Below the pieces are notes generated by a model. The model saw nothing but the letters and a program-made list of their open reading frames with translations, was not told the origin of the DNA and did no database searches. 42,732 nucleotides of DNA, from positions 1 to 42,732 of IMG/VR virus record IMGVR_UViG_3300031953_000287; one strand, 5' to 3'. This DNA comes from a virus (taxonomy: Duplodnaviria > Caudoviricetes). Within the stretch, counting starts at the first letter, position 1. Each line of letters begins with the position of its first letter. Positions 27,955 to 35,934 of this stretch are shown here, in pieces. The translations under genes and the position numbers were made by a program.

Positions 27955-28722
27955 CTAATATGCAACATTAAACTTTTCAATTTGCCCGCTCCTTTTTATT
28001 TTTAAAATACTACTATTATAAACTTGTTGCGCTCTTTGCTTTGTAAAATTACTACTTATTGCAATTTCTTCATAAGTTGCGCCATTCATTTTACTCATAA
28101 GCACCTTATATTCTCTTTCTTTTAATATCTTTTTTATAAATATAAGCATTTCTTTATTACAAATATCATTTACGAGGTTTTCTGTTGCGTCTGTATCATC
28201 CCTAATCCTGTTTATCATATCTTCGCCTGTGCCATTTTCATTTAAATTCACATCCAAACTACATACACTGAGCATAGTTTTTTTAAATGTCTTAATCTGT
28301 TTTTCAGTTTTTCCCGTATGCTCCGCTAATTCTTCAATCGTTGCAACCCTTTCTAGGTCTTGTTCTAGCGCCTTATTTTCTCTTAATATATTGTAATTCT
28401 CTCTAAATGCATGGACAGGAACTCTTATTGCCCTACTGTAATTTTGTATATATCGCACCATATATTCCATTATAAATTTATAAGAGTAAGTACCTAATTT
28501 AACTTTTTTAGTTTTATCAAATAATTGAACCGCCCTCATTAATCCCATATATCCCACTTGCATAAGATCATCCACTTCAACCGTTTCGGATGTTAGTTTA
28601 ATTGCTATTGTTTTAACTAGTCCTACGTTAGCTTCTAAAATATCATTCATAGCAATTTTACAACCGCCCTGTGCCTTACTGATTAACTCTCTTTCCTTTT
28701 CTATAGTTAACAACTCTGCCAT
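27955..28722 (-). CDS. Phage-encoded sigma70-family sigma factor (regions 2, 3 and 4)
   Basis: DDLMQVGYMGLMRAVQLFD..IRVP..ATIEELAE..SLD..TYEEIA..TKQRAQQ. Confidence 0.9.
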   Translation of the reverse strand: MAELLTIEKERELISKAQGGCKIAMNDILEANVGLVKTIAIKLTSETVEVDDLMQVGYMGLMRAVQLFDKTKKVKLGTYSYKFIMEYMVRYIQNYSRAIRVPVHAFRENYNILRENKALEQDLERVATIEELAEHTGKTEKQIKTFKKTMLSVCSLDVNLNENGTGEDMINRIRDDTDATENLVNDICNKEMLIFIKKILKEREYKVLMSKMNGATYEEIAISSNFTKQRAQQVYNSSILKIKRSGQIEKFNVAY

Positions 28723-28731
28723 CTTATCCCC

Positions 28732-28833
28732 CTATTTACAATACTTTGACCAATTATATAAACCTCTTAATGTAGCAGTTACACTATGTTTTTTACAATA
28801 TCCCATATATCTTTGTAAGCTTCTTGTACTCAT
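28732..28833 (-). CDS. 33-aa basic peptide
   Basis: RBS GGAGG; MSTRSLQRYMGYCKK.. Confidence 0.45.
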   Translation of the reverse strand: MSTRSLQRYMGYCKKHSVTATLRGLYNWSKYCK

Positions 28834-28860
28834 ATTAACCTCCATATGTGTTATAATATG

Positions 28861-28938
28861 AAGTAAGCAACTGATCTCACAAAAGTTGGTTGCCTACTTT
28901 AATTTTGCTTAATGCCCTTTTAATTAAGGGTATTTTTT
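28861..28938 (+). ncRNA. Candidate antisense sRNA (~75 nt)
   Basis: TGnTATAAT at 28849-28857, long hairpin 28861-28899, plus-strand terminator 28911-28938. Confidence 0.5.
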
Positions 28939-29212
28939 ATTTAAAGTTTTCTTGTACCTTATCTTCTAAATCTTCTATTAACTCATTTGCAGTGACTAAA
29001 TCAGATTCTAACCCTAAACAAATATCCTCTAATTCTGTGTAAGTAGTTTCATGCAATCTTAAATCCAATTCATTAAATAACTTCTCCGCCTGTTCTTTTG
29101 ACATAAATGTTCTTAATTCTTCACCTATATAAAGAACTTTGCTCCCGTCTTTTAATTCTTCTAATTCAAATTCATCCTCTAATTCCACAAATACTTGTAT
29201 CATATTGCTCAT
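28937..29212 (-). CDS. Acidic hypothetical protein
   Basis: ORF track; very E/D-rich; coupled to DUF1351. Confidence 0.65.
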   Translation of the reverse strand: MSNMIQVFVELEDEFELEELKDGSKVLYIGEELRTFMSKEQAEKLFNELDLRLHETTYTELEDICLGLESDLVTANELIEDLEDKVQENFK

Positions 29213-30243
29213 TACATTTCCCCCTTATTAGTTGCTTCATATTTGTAATTATTATCTTTTAAAAACTGGCTCAATGCTTTTACTTCTTTAATGGTTGCAT
29301 TTACTACTTTCATATCTATAAAATATAGTTTTTCTGTAGGCTCTAAATCTATATCCCTTGCCATAGTTCTCAATTTTGCTTCTTGTTCAAGTTTTTCAGT
29401 TACTTTGTTTCTTTTAGCATCTTCTATGCCTTTTAATCTAAGTTCCTCTTTAGCTATTTCAGATATTCTTGCATTTTCCTCAACTCTTGCCTGTTCAGTT
29501 GCTGCCCTTGTTGCCATTGCTATTCTTTCTAACACTTCTTTTTCTGCTGCTGCTTTTCTATCTTTTATGGCTTTTAACTCGTTAGCTTTTATTCTCTCTG
29601 CTCTTGCGTTTATATTCGCTATTACATTTATAACTGGACTAAGTTCGATTTCTGTTTTAAAATCTTCAAGTAATATTTTTGCATCTATGCCTTTGTTAAC
29701 TGTCTCAATAGTGTTTTTTATAATCTGTAAATTTTCTGCTTCTTGATTCTGTTCTTGTTGTAGTAGCAAGGCTCTTTTTTCTATATCCTCTTTAATCTTT
29801 TTAACGCTCATATTAACATTTGTATATTCGCTTGATACAATTAGTTGACTACCATACTTATTGTTTAACAGGAGGTCTGTGGTGAGTTTATTAATGTGTT
29901 CCTGTGCTATTTCTCTTTTAACTTCTCTCGCTTTATCGTCAAATACTAAAATTGATTCTTTGATGGGATTTTCTACGTCTACTACTAAACCTATTAATGT
30001 TTTACATTGGTTTTCAAAGTTTGTAACTGGGATAAGCATTTCTTTTTTAATAGTCTTTCTATAGGTGTCTAGGTCACTTTTAGTTTTAGAAAGTTCCTTT
30101 TGCATTATCTTACAATCTTTTAAATTCTCATCTGTAACAACTAAATTTCTGTACTTTTCTGATCCGCTTATTAATGAAGCTTTTACCTCATCAAAATTTA
30201 TTTGTACTACAGGAAGTTGCTTTTCTAGTTTAATATCAATCAT
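29212..30243 (-). CDS. DUF1351-family protein
   Basis: INFDEVK..KYRNLVVT..LDTYRKTIKK; next to ERF. Confidence 0.8.
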   Translation of the reverse strand: MIDIKLEKQLPVVQINFDEVKASLISGSEKYRNLVVTDENLKDCKIMQKELSKTKSDLDTYRKTIKKEMLIPVTNFENQCKTLIGLVVDVENPIKESILVFDDKAREVKREIAQEHINKLTTDLLLNNKYGSQLIVSSEYTNVNMSVKKIKEDIEKRALLLQQEQNQEAENLQIIKNTIETVNKGIDAKILLEDFKTEIELSPVINVIANINARAERIKANELKAIKDRKAAAEKEVLERIAMATRAATEQARVEENARISEIAKEELRLKGIEDAKRNKVTEKLEQEAKLRTMARDIDLEPTEKLYFIDMKVVNATIKEVKALSQFLKDNNYKYEATNKGEM

Positions 30244-30867
30244 TTATATTACCCCCTCTAAAGCATTTTCTTTATGATTCGGTTTAGTATTTAATTTCTT
30301 TGTTGCCGTATTCCAACTTTCAAAATTCATTTGTTCAAACTTTGTGATATTGTAAGCTGCGCATATAGCCGATTCTTTTATGCCTTTTTTAATTGCTAGT
30401 GTTTTAATAGATTCAACTTTATTTTTATCTATTAATGTAATTGTAGGTTTTTTTTCTTCTTTCTTATCTGTTTTGTTCCCTGTTGCGTGGTTTCCATCGT
30501 CGTCTTCTTCACCAGCTAAACCCAACATTGCACTTAGTTGATACCTACGAGCATATGTTATAGCACTTCCAGCTCCCTGTGCGGTTACTTTATCAGCCTT
30601 TAATGTTAATACATCTGATTCAATCCATTCTCCCTCACACATCAATATAGTTACACATGATACTGATTCACCATTGCCACTCGGTATCTGTATATATGAA
30701 AGACCATATTTCCCTAGTGATTCTTTAGCGGTGTTTATTACTACATCTAACGGAGCGTACTTACTTTTAAAAAATGGATTACTAGCACTGTTTGGTGGAT
30801 TTTTCACTTCTGATTGAAATTTGCTTAATGCCATTGATAACTTTGTTATACTTTCAGATTTATTCAT
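30244..30867 (-). CDS. erf: ERF-family single-strand annealing protein
   Basis: NPFFKSKYAPL..QGAGSAITYARRYQL..DDDG. Confidence 0.92.
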   Translation of the reverse strand: MNKSESITKLSMALSKFQSEVKNPPNSASNPFFKSKYAPLDVVINTAKESLGKYGLSYIQIPSGNGESVSCVTILMCEGEWIESDVLTLKADKVTAQGAGSAITYARRYQLSAMLGLAGEEDDDGNHATGNKTDKKEEKKPTITLIDKNKVESIKTLAIKKGIKESAICAAYNITKFEQMNFESWNTATKKLNTKPNHKENALEGVI

Positions 30868-30884
30868 TTATTAATTTTCCCCCT

Positions 30885-31073
30885 CTATATACTATTAATA
30901 TTTATATTTAGTACCCTAGCTAGTTGTTTCGCTTGAAGTAAACTTATATTTCTGCCATTCTCAATTTTTGAATACTCTTGGGTAGATATATTTAAGTAAG
31001 TTGCAACGTCCTTTTGAAATAATTCTTTTTTTACCCTTGCGAGTTTTAATTCCATTCTTTTCATTTTGTACAC
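30885..31073 (-). CDS. Cro-like XRE HTH regulator
   Basis: LKLARVKKELFQKDVA..YSKIENG; divergent from cI. Confidence 0.85.
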   Translation of the reverse strand: MYKMKRMELKLARVKKELFQKDVATYLNISTQEYSKIENGRNISLLQAKQLARVLNININSI

Positions 31074-31117
31074 CTCTTTCCTTTTCTTGGATTAATTTAC
31101 TATATGTTCTGTAATTT

Positions 31118-31169
31118 CATTATGTGCTTAAAAGTTAAACAAGTCAAGTAAAATTTATCAGAAAGTTAA
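31118..31169 (-). promoter_or_regulatory. Early lytic promoter and adjacent candidate operator
   Basis: TTGACT-17-CATAAT; TTAAC-N5-GATAA at 31155-31169. Confidence 0.6.
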
Positions 31170-31309
31170 AATCTTTTTTCTTAGTAGCGAATTTCGTTCG
31201 CCTTACGCAAACGCACTGTTAAAGTTTAATGAACCTCTCTAAAAAGTGTATCAAATTTTTAACACTCGGATATAATATTAGTAGATTGAAATTTGTGGGG
31301 GGTATTAAT

Positions 31310-31747
31310 ATGGAAAAAGATATAAAAAGTGATGCTGAATTATTGAAAGTGTTTTCAGAAAGAATAAGAATGCTAAGAAAAGAGAAAGGACTTACACTAA
31401 AAGAATTAGAAAAGATTCTCTTAGAGAGATATGAGTTAAAGCAAAGTTATGGAAACTTAGCAAATTATGAGCGTGGGTATAGATCGCCCTATATATTTGT
31501 TTTAAATGCTTTCAGTGATTTTTATAATGTAAGTGTTGACTGGTTGTTAGGAAGAACAGACGAAAGAACAGCTAAAGTTTTACAAACTACAATATTTGAT
31601 GAAGAAAATAATCCTCACGAAGTTAAAATAGCGGTGGATAAAGATTCCAAACTAGCAGATATGCCATTAAAGGATGTTATGAAATTGGTTAAAGAACTCC
31701 AAGAACTGGGAATAGACTTTAATACAATTAAAAAACCTGTCGAATAA
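31310..31747 (+). CDS. CI-like XRE repressor (no S24 peptidase domain)
   Basis: FSERIRMLRKEKGLTLKEL..LANYERG..FYNVSVDWLLGRT; RBS GGGGG before ATG 31310. Confidence 0.9.
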   Translation: MEKDIKSDAELLKVFSERIRMLRKEKGLTLKELEKILLERYELKQSYGNLANYERGYRSPYIFVLNAFSDFYNVSVDWLLGRTDERTAKVLQTTIFDEENNPHEVKIAVDKDSKLADMPLKDVMKLVKELQELGIDFNTIKKPVE

Positions 31748-31849
31748 CCGCATTAATTTGTGGTTATTTTCTTTATAAATCTTACCTTTATTACCCTTTA
31801 TAAGTGCTATAATATAATTAGATAGTAATTTATGAGGGGGATACAAATA

Positions 31850-31933
31850 ATGGCTAACAACATAATAACTAAAGAGGATATAAAAGATATTATTTATGTA
31901 GAAATAGACAATGTAAAGGTTTATGTTAGATAA
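31850..31933 (+). CDS. 27-aa peptide in its own transcription unit
   Basis: TGnTATAAT 31805-31813; RBS GAGGGGG; MANNIITKEDIKDIIYVEIDNVKVYVR; terminator 31937-31974. Confidence 0.65.
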   Translation: MANNIITKEDIKDIIYVEIDNVKVYVR

Positions 31934-31976
31934 TACATAAAAGCACTTACAATTAAATTTGCAAGTGCTTTTATTT

Positions 31977-32004
31977 ATTGCGTTATATTTTTGTATGATG
32001 TAAC
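31977..32004. repeat. 28-bp 11-6-11 junction site
   Basis: ATTGCGTTATA TTTTTG TATGATGTAAC. Confidence 0.6.
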
Positions 32005-32309
32005 TAAATTAAATTTTTTGAATCAATTATTTTTGTAGTGTGCGGATTAAATTTGTCTAGTGCATATTGTAATCCAAAATGTTTTATAGCCATAGAATAT
32101 TTGTCGATATAAAAATAGCATTCATTTGATTCGCATTTACAAGAAGTTTGCATTGTAGTTGCTTTGTTTCTCCAATTAGAACACTCTTTATTAACCCATT
32201 CACAGTTATTCTTTTCAAACAATGTCAAAATCCTATCTACTTCTTCTTTGTTTTTGCAATATACAATATGTCCTTCATTTATAAATTCTAAAATATTAAT
32301 ATCATTCAC
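32004..32309 (-). CDS. Hypothetical protein flanked by two junction sites
   Basis: ORF track. Confidence 0.6.
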   Translation of the reverse strand: MNDINILEFINEGHIVYCKNKEEVDRILTLFEKNNCEWVNKECSNWRNKATTMQTSCKCESNECYFYIDKYSMAIKHFGLQYALDKFNPHTTKIIDSKNLI

Positions 32310-32325
32310 CCCCCCCTTAAATTTT

Positions 32326-32353
32326 GTATCGCCATATAATCATATTACACATT
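32326..32353. repeat. 28-bp 11-6-11 junction site
   Basis: GTATCGCCATA TAATCA TATTACACATT. Confidence 0.55.
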
Positions 32354-32374
32354 ATCTATATATCCAACTTGTTT

Positions 32375-32566
32375 TTATCCCTCTATTAATTCATACTCGC
32401 TAATTTCTTGATATGTTAATTTTCTATCATAATCAACATATCCCCAGGCACCGCAACCTATTAAATCTATAAATGTTTTAATTCCATAATCATGTGTATT
32501 GATAGTTTTCTTAGGCTGACAAAATGGTCCTGGACCTCTCTGTGTTAAATAGTATCTATAATTCAT
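32375..32566 (-). CDS. DarA C-terminal-like domain protein
   Basis: YRYYLTQRGPGPFCQPK..AWGYVDYDRKLT..EYEL pattern recalled for DarA_C. Confidence 0.6.
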   Translation of the reverse strand: MNYRYYLTQRGPGPFCQPKKTINTHDYGIKTFIDLIGCGAWGYVDYDRKLTYQEISEYELIEG

Positions 32567-32578
32567 TTAATACCCTCC

Positions 32579-32794
32579 CTACTCTAAATATTCTGAATAA
32601 TCCTCATATACAATTTCTTTTTCTAGTTTTCTACCGCATATAGGGCAATAATTTATTTTCATAATAGCGTTACCATCCGCTACCCCACTAATCCAATATT
32701 CTCCACAAATAAGTTCAATATATAAATTAACCCAATCACCAACGCTTATTAGCTTTTCTTCTCCCTCTTTTACGTTACATATACAACCATTCAT
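32579..32794 (-). CDS. Small Cys-rich phage protein
   Basis: INYCPICGRKL. Confidence 0.6.
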   Translation of the reverse strand: MNGCICNVKEGEEKLISVGDWVNLYIELICGEYWISGVADGNAIMKINYCPICGRKLEKEIVYEDYSEYLE

Positions 32795-32845
32795 TCTTAT
32801 ACCCTCCCTATACTACCTATTAACTTTTAAAGTGTCTGTGTGTTG

Positions 32846-33028
32846 CTATGTGGCTTGTGTGTTATGGTTTAATTTCTCTAATAACTTCATTTTTGATTTT
32901 ATTATATATTCAGTACTTTCTGAGTCATATTCTAAATATTGTAAATGCCTCAAATATCTTTTATCTTTCTTTATATCTTTTTTAACTAATATAGCTAAGT
33001 ATTCAATATCTTTATAATTTAAATCCAT
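32846..33028 (-). CDS. Hypothetical protein
   Basis: ORF track; RBS AGGAGG. Confidence 0.5.
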   Translation of the reverse strand: MDLNYKDIEYLAILVKKDIKKDKRYLRHLQYLEYDSESTEYIIKSKMKLLEKLNHNTQAT

Positions 33029-33056
33029 CTTATACCCTCCTACTTCTATAAATTAT

Positions 33057-33266
33057 TTATATATCCCACTTATTTCCGCATCCCATACATACTGCTCTAG
33101 TCTTAGTTTTTACCTTACCTTTTCTCTTGCCTATCAATAGCCACAAACCTGCTGTACAACATATTAATATAAATCTACCTATTCCCCATAAGATGCCCTT
33201 GCCATGCGTGCTAGAGTTACCTTGGACTACCTGTATGTTTTCACTACCACATTTTTTACAATTCAT
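33057..33266 (-). CDS. Zinc-ribbon membrane protein
   Basis: CKKCG..hydrophobic ILICCTAGLWLLI..CMGCG. Confidence 0.7.
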   Translation of the reverse strand: MNCKKCGSENIQVVQGNSSTHGKGILWGIGRFILICCTAGLWLLIGKRKGKVKTKTRAVCMGCGNKWDI

Positions 33267-33283
33267 TATTAATTCCCCCTATT

Positions 33284-33430
33284 TTAATTTATTATATACA
33301 TATTTTCTGTATCTTCAATTTTTCTTATGTCATAATATCCACCTTTTGTTCCTGTGAAGCTATCGTCATAAGAAATTTCTTTTTCTTGTTCCAAATCTCC
33401 GAGCAATTTTATTAATTCTTTAACTTTCAT
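33284..33430 (-). CDS. 48-aa hypothetical protein
   Basis: MKVKELIKLL..; RBS AGGAGG. Confidence 0.55.
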   Translation of the reverse strand: MKVKELIKLLGDLEQEKEISYDDSFTGTKGGYYDIRKIEDTENMYIIN

Positions 33431-33454
33431 TTACTATCCTCCTACTTCTATAAA

Positions 33455-34036
33455 TTATTTTAAATTATCTTTAGCATACTTTGCTTGTGATGGTGTAAAT
33501 TTATTTCCATTAGCTGATACTAATTGGTCATAAATTGCACTTGGAGACATATTCATTTCTGTTTGGTATGTCTCTGCCGTTTTTAATGCATTTTTATTCC
33601 AATCTGCTTTTACATTGTCTACTGCATATTTAGCAGATTCTTTTGTAAATTTATTTCCATACTCGGATGTTAACTGGTCATAAATTGAATCTTTAGACAT
33701 ATTCATTGTACTAGCATATATTTCTGCTGATGCTAGTGCTGAAATATATTCTGTTGGAACAGTTGGTTTTGTAGGTGCAGGTGCAGTAGTTGTAGCAGGT
33801 TCTTCAGTAGTTGTAGGTGCTGATGATGTAGCGTTATCTATACTAGCTACTGGTGTAGTTGTCGTATCTTTATTACCCATATTGCCAATTGCTACTAATA
33901 ATACTATTACTGCTAGTCCTGTTAATATCTTATGCTTACCAAAGAAATTCCTTTGGTCATGTCCACAACTTGGACATTTCTTCACACTCTTCGATATTTC
34001 CTTGTTACACGCTTTACAATTTACTAATTTACTCAT
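33455..34036 (-). CDS. ltp: Ltp-family superinfection exclusion protein with N-terminal zinc ribbon and TM segment
   Basis: Two Ltp repeats (MS..IYDQL.S..GNKFT...AKYA.DN) joined by ADWNKNAL. Confidence 0.9.
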   Translation of the reverse strand: MSKLVNCKACNKEISKSVKKCPSCGHDQRNFFGKHKILTGLAVIVLLVAIGNMGNKDTTTTPVASIDNATSSAPTTTEEPATTTAPAPTKPTVPTEYISALASAEIYASTMNMSKDSIYDQLTSEYGNKFTKESAKYAVDNVKADWNKNALKTAETYQTEMNMSPSAIYDQLVSANGNKFTPSQAKYAKDNLK

Positions 34037-34094
34037 TATTAATTCCCCCTATTTCATATTTAAACAGGTCATTTCAAACAACCTGTTTTATGAT

Positions 34095-34520
34095 TTATTT
34101 TAAAAGGTCTTTATTCTCGTAAATGTTTCCTATAATTCTAAATCCTTGTAAATGTATTTTTAAATCCAGTATAAAAATTTCGGTTTTATTGGAACTTGAA
34201 TATGAAGTCCATTTTTTAAACCATTGTTGCCTAAAACCTCCATCTTTAAATATCACTTCTGTCCAATCCTTATTAAATATCTCACCCTCTTTATTTTCTA
34301 ATTCTCTTAGCAATATATCACCCTCATATATTTCTACTCCATTTTTATCTTTCAAGCCTGCGTACTGTCCTACTGTATTTGTATCAACTACTATGCAATC
34401 TATTTCAGCATCTTGGTTATAAAAGAATATAGTAGGCTCGGGAATTGTGCAATAGTCACCATAATAAAACCATTTGCCATTATCTTTACTTTTACCTCTA
34501 AACTTTATTTCCCTATTCAT
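34095..34520 (-). CDS. YopX-family protein
   Basis: REIKFRG..GQYAGLKDKNGVEIYEGDIL..IIGNIYEN. Confidence 0.92.
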   Translation of the reverse strand: MNREIKFRGKSKDNGKWFYYGDYCTIPEPTIFFYNQDAEIDCIVVDTNTVGQYAGLKDKNGVEIYEGDILLRELENKEGEIFNKDWTEVIFKDGGFRQQWFKKWTSYSSSNKTEIFILDLKIHLQGFRIIGNIYENKDLLK

Positions 34521-34839
34521 TATTAATATCCCCCTCATTGCTTTTAACATAATCATAAATAGCCATCATTTTTTTAGTTTCAAGTGCATTATCTAACATT
34601 CTTTTATGCCCATGATAACTTGCGTGTTCTTTCCTATCCATAATAATCAAATTTTCTAAGCGGTTATCATCTTTTTCGCCATTTATATGATGTACAACTT
34701 CATTGCTATCTAATTTTCTTCCTAAATATAATTCCATAATATATCTGTGTATATAAACGGTTTTATGATTGACCTCTATTACTCTATGTCCTCCACCTTT
34801 TCTATTGATAGCCAAAGCACTTAATGATAAATCTTTCAT
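34513..34839 (-). CDS. HNH (HNH_3) endonuclease
   Basis: HRYIME..EVVHHINGEKDDNRLENL. Confidence 0.85.
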   Translation of the reverse strand: MKDLSLSALAINRKGGGHRVIEVNHKTVYIHRYIMELYLGRKLDSNEVVHHINGEKDDNRLENLIIMDRKEHASYHGHKRMLDNALETKKMMAIYDYVKSNEGDINNE

Positions 34840-34988
34840 TATTTGATTTCCTCCTTAACTTCATTATTTTTAACATAATCATATATAGCCATTAGTATTT
34901 CACTATTCACCGACCTCTTATTTCTTTTTGCTAGCACTTCTATTTCTTTTTTAAATTCATCATCTATCCTTAGTAATATCTTAGCCAT
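34839..34988 (-). CDS. 49-aa Arc-family repressor
   Basis: MAKILLRIDDEFKKEI..NKRSVNSEIL. Confidence 0.85.
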   Translation of the reverse strand: MAKILLRIDDEFKKEIEVLAKRNKRSVNSEILMAIYDYVKNNEVKEEIK

Positions 34989-35009
34989 AATTATCAACTC
35001 CTTAATACT

Positions 35010-35038
35010 ATTATACTACTAATATGATAGCATTACAA
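35010..35038 (-). promoter_or_regulatory. Sigma-A promoter of the accessory operon with inverted repeat in the spacer
   Basis: TTGTAA-17-TATAAT; ATGCTA..TAGTAT. Confidence 0.7.
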
Positions 35039-35105
35039 CCCTATTTAAAAAATAAATTTCCGAATTTAAGGATAAATATACCCTAATATATGTTATAATA
35101 TAAGT

Positions 35106-35265
35106 ATCATGGTAGAGAGTTATAAATTGTGTGAAACAACTATACTAATATAGAGGATAGAACAGGTAGCTATCACCACACAGAAATGTGTTAGGAAATG
35201 TGGAAAGACCGACCACCTATATTAGAAAAGCAACTATATTTGTAGCAAGGTATAGTTGCTTTTTT
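35106..35265 (+). ncRNA. Candidate structured ncRNA (~160 nt)
   Basis: TGnTATAAT 35091-35099; nested stems; GAAA-loop hairpin; terminator 35226-35265. Confidence 0.6.
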
Positions 35266-35355
35266 ACGTTTACTATTCAGTACCTCTCTGCCGTGTATAA
35301 ATGTTTCTATATACATAAAAACCCCCTATTTCTAGGAGGTTAATTGTTGTGCTAT

Positions 35356-35532
35356 TTAATTTGGATTGTTAGGAACTTCAAGTCTTGTAAAATGTGTAAC
35401 ATCATCTGGAAAGTCACAGTCTAAAGGATTTCCACAATAAGGTGGCTCCTCTATAGGAAACTTCCACCATAAACAATCCGCATCTTCTTCGTACCAATCT
35501 TCAAGCGTATAAAGTTTTATTTCATTATTCAT
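35356..35532 (-). CDS. 58-aa acidic protein
   Basis: Hand-translated MNNEIKLYTLEDWYEEDADCLWWKFPIEEPPY..; RBS GAGGGGG. Confidence 0.6.
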   Translation of the reverse strand: MNNEIKLYTLEDWYEEDADCLWWKFPIEEPPYCGNPLDCDFPDDVTHFTRLEVPNNPN

Positions 35533-35628
35533 AATATCCCCCTCAATTTCAATAATATAAATATAATCTTTTCTAGTACCTTATTGCCCTTGTAAGCGTA
35601 TTTTTCAAAGTATAAAGTTTGTAGTTCA

Positions 35629-35934
35629 TCAACTAACTTTGTCATATAATATAAACCCACCTAATGTTTGTCTATCGTCCAATTCATCTCCTGTTATTCT
35701 TTTGTATTCTAACCGCAACAAAGATAAATTTTTACTATATGTCATTAAAAAATTACTGTATTTTTCAATTTCGATATCTGTTCTGATAGGCTCTTCGATG
35801 TAGCAACTGCACCTATAAAACAATTCTAAAGCTATATTATACCTATTACAAAATTCTCTATGGTTTAAAACAAAATCTCTAATATTCAAACAAATTCGCC
35901 CCCTAATATGGTAACTCGTCAGTTTCGACATCAT
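35629..35934 (-). CDS. Hypothetical protein coupled to the primase-helicase
   Basis: ORF track. Confidence 0.55.
   Translation of the reverse strand: MMSKLTSYHIRGRICLNIRDFVLNHREFCNRYNIALELFYRCSCYIEEPIRTDIEIEKYSNFLMTYSKNLSLLRLEYKRITGDELDDRQTLGGFILYDKVS

Noticed and set aside
35106-35265. Assignment to a known riboswitch, ribozyme or CRISPR-repeat mimic
   Set aside because: Lacks the cores I can recall for SAM-I, lysine, c-di-GMP, glycine, preQ1, hammerhead and pistol; its internal 14-15 aa ORFs lack a convincing RBS
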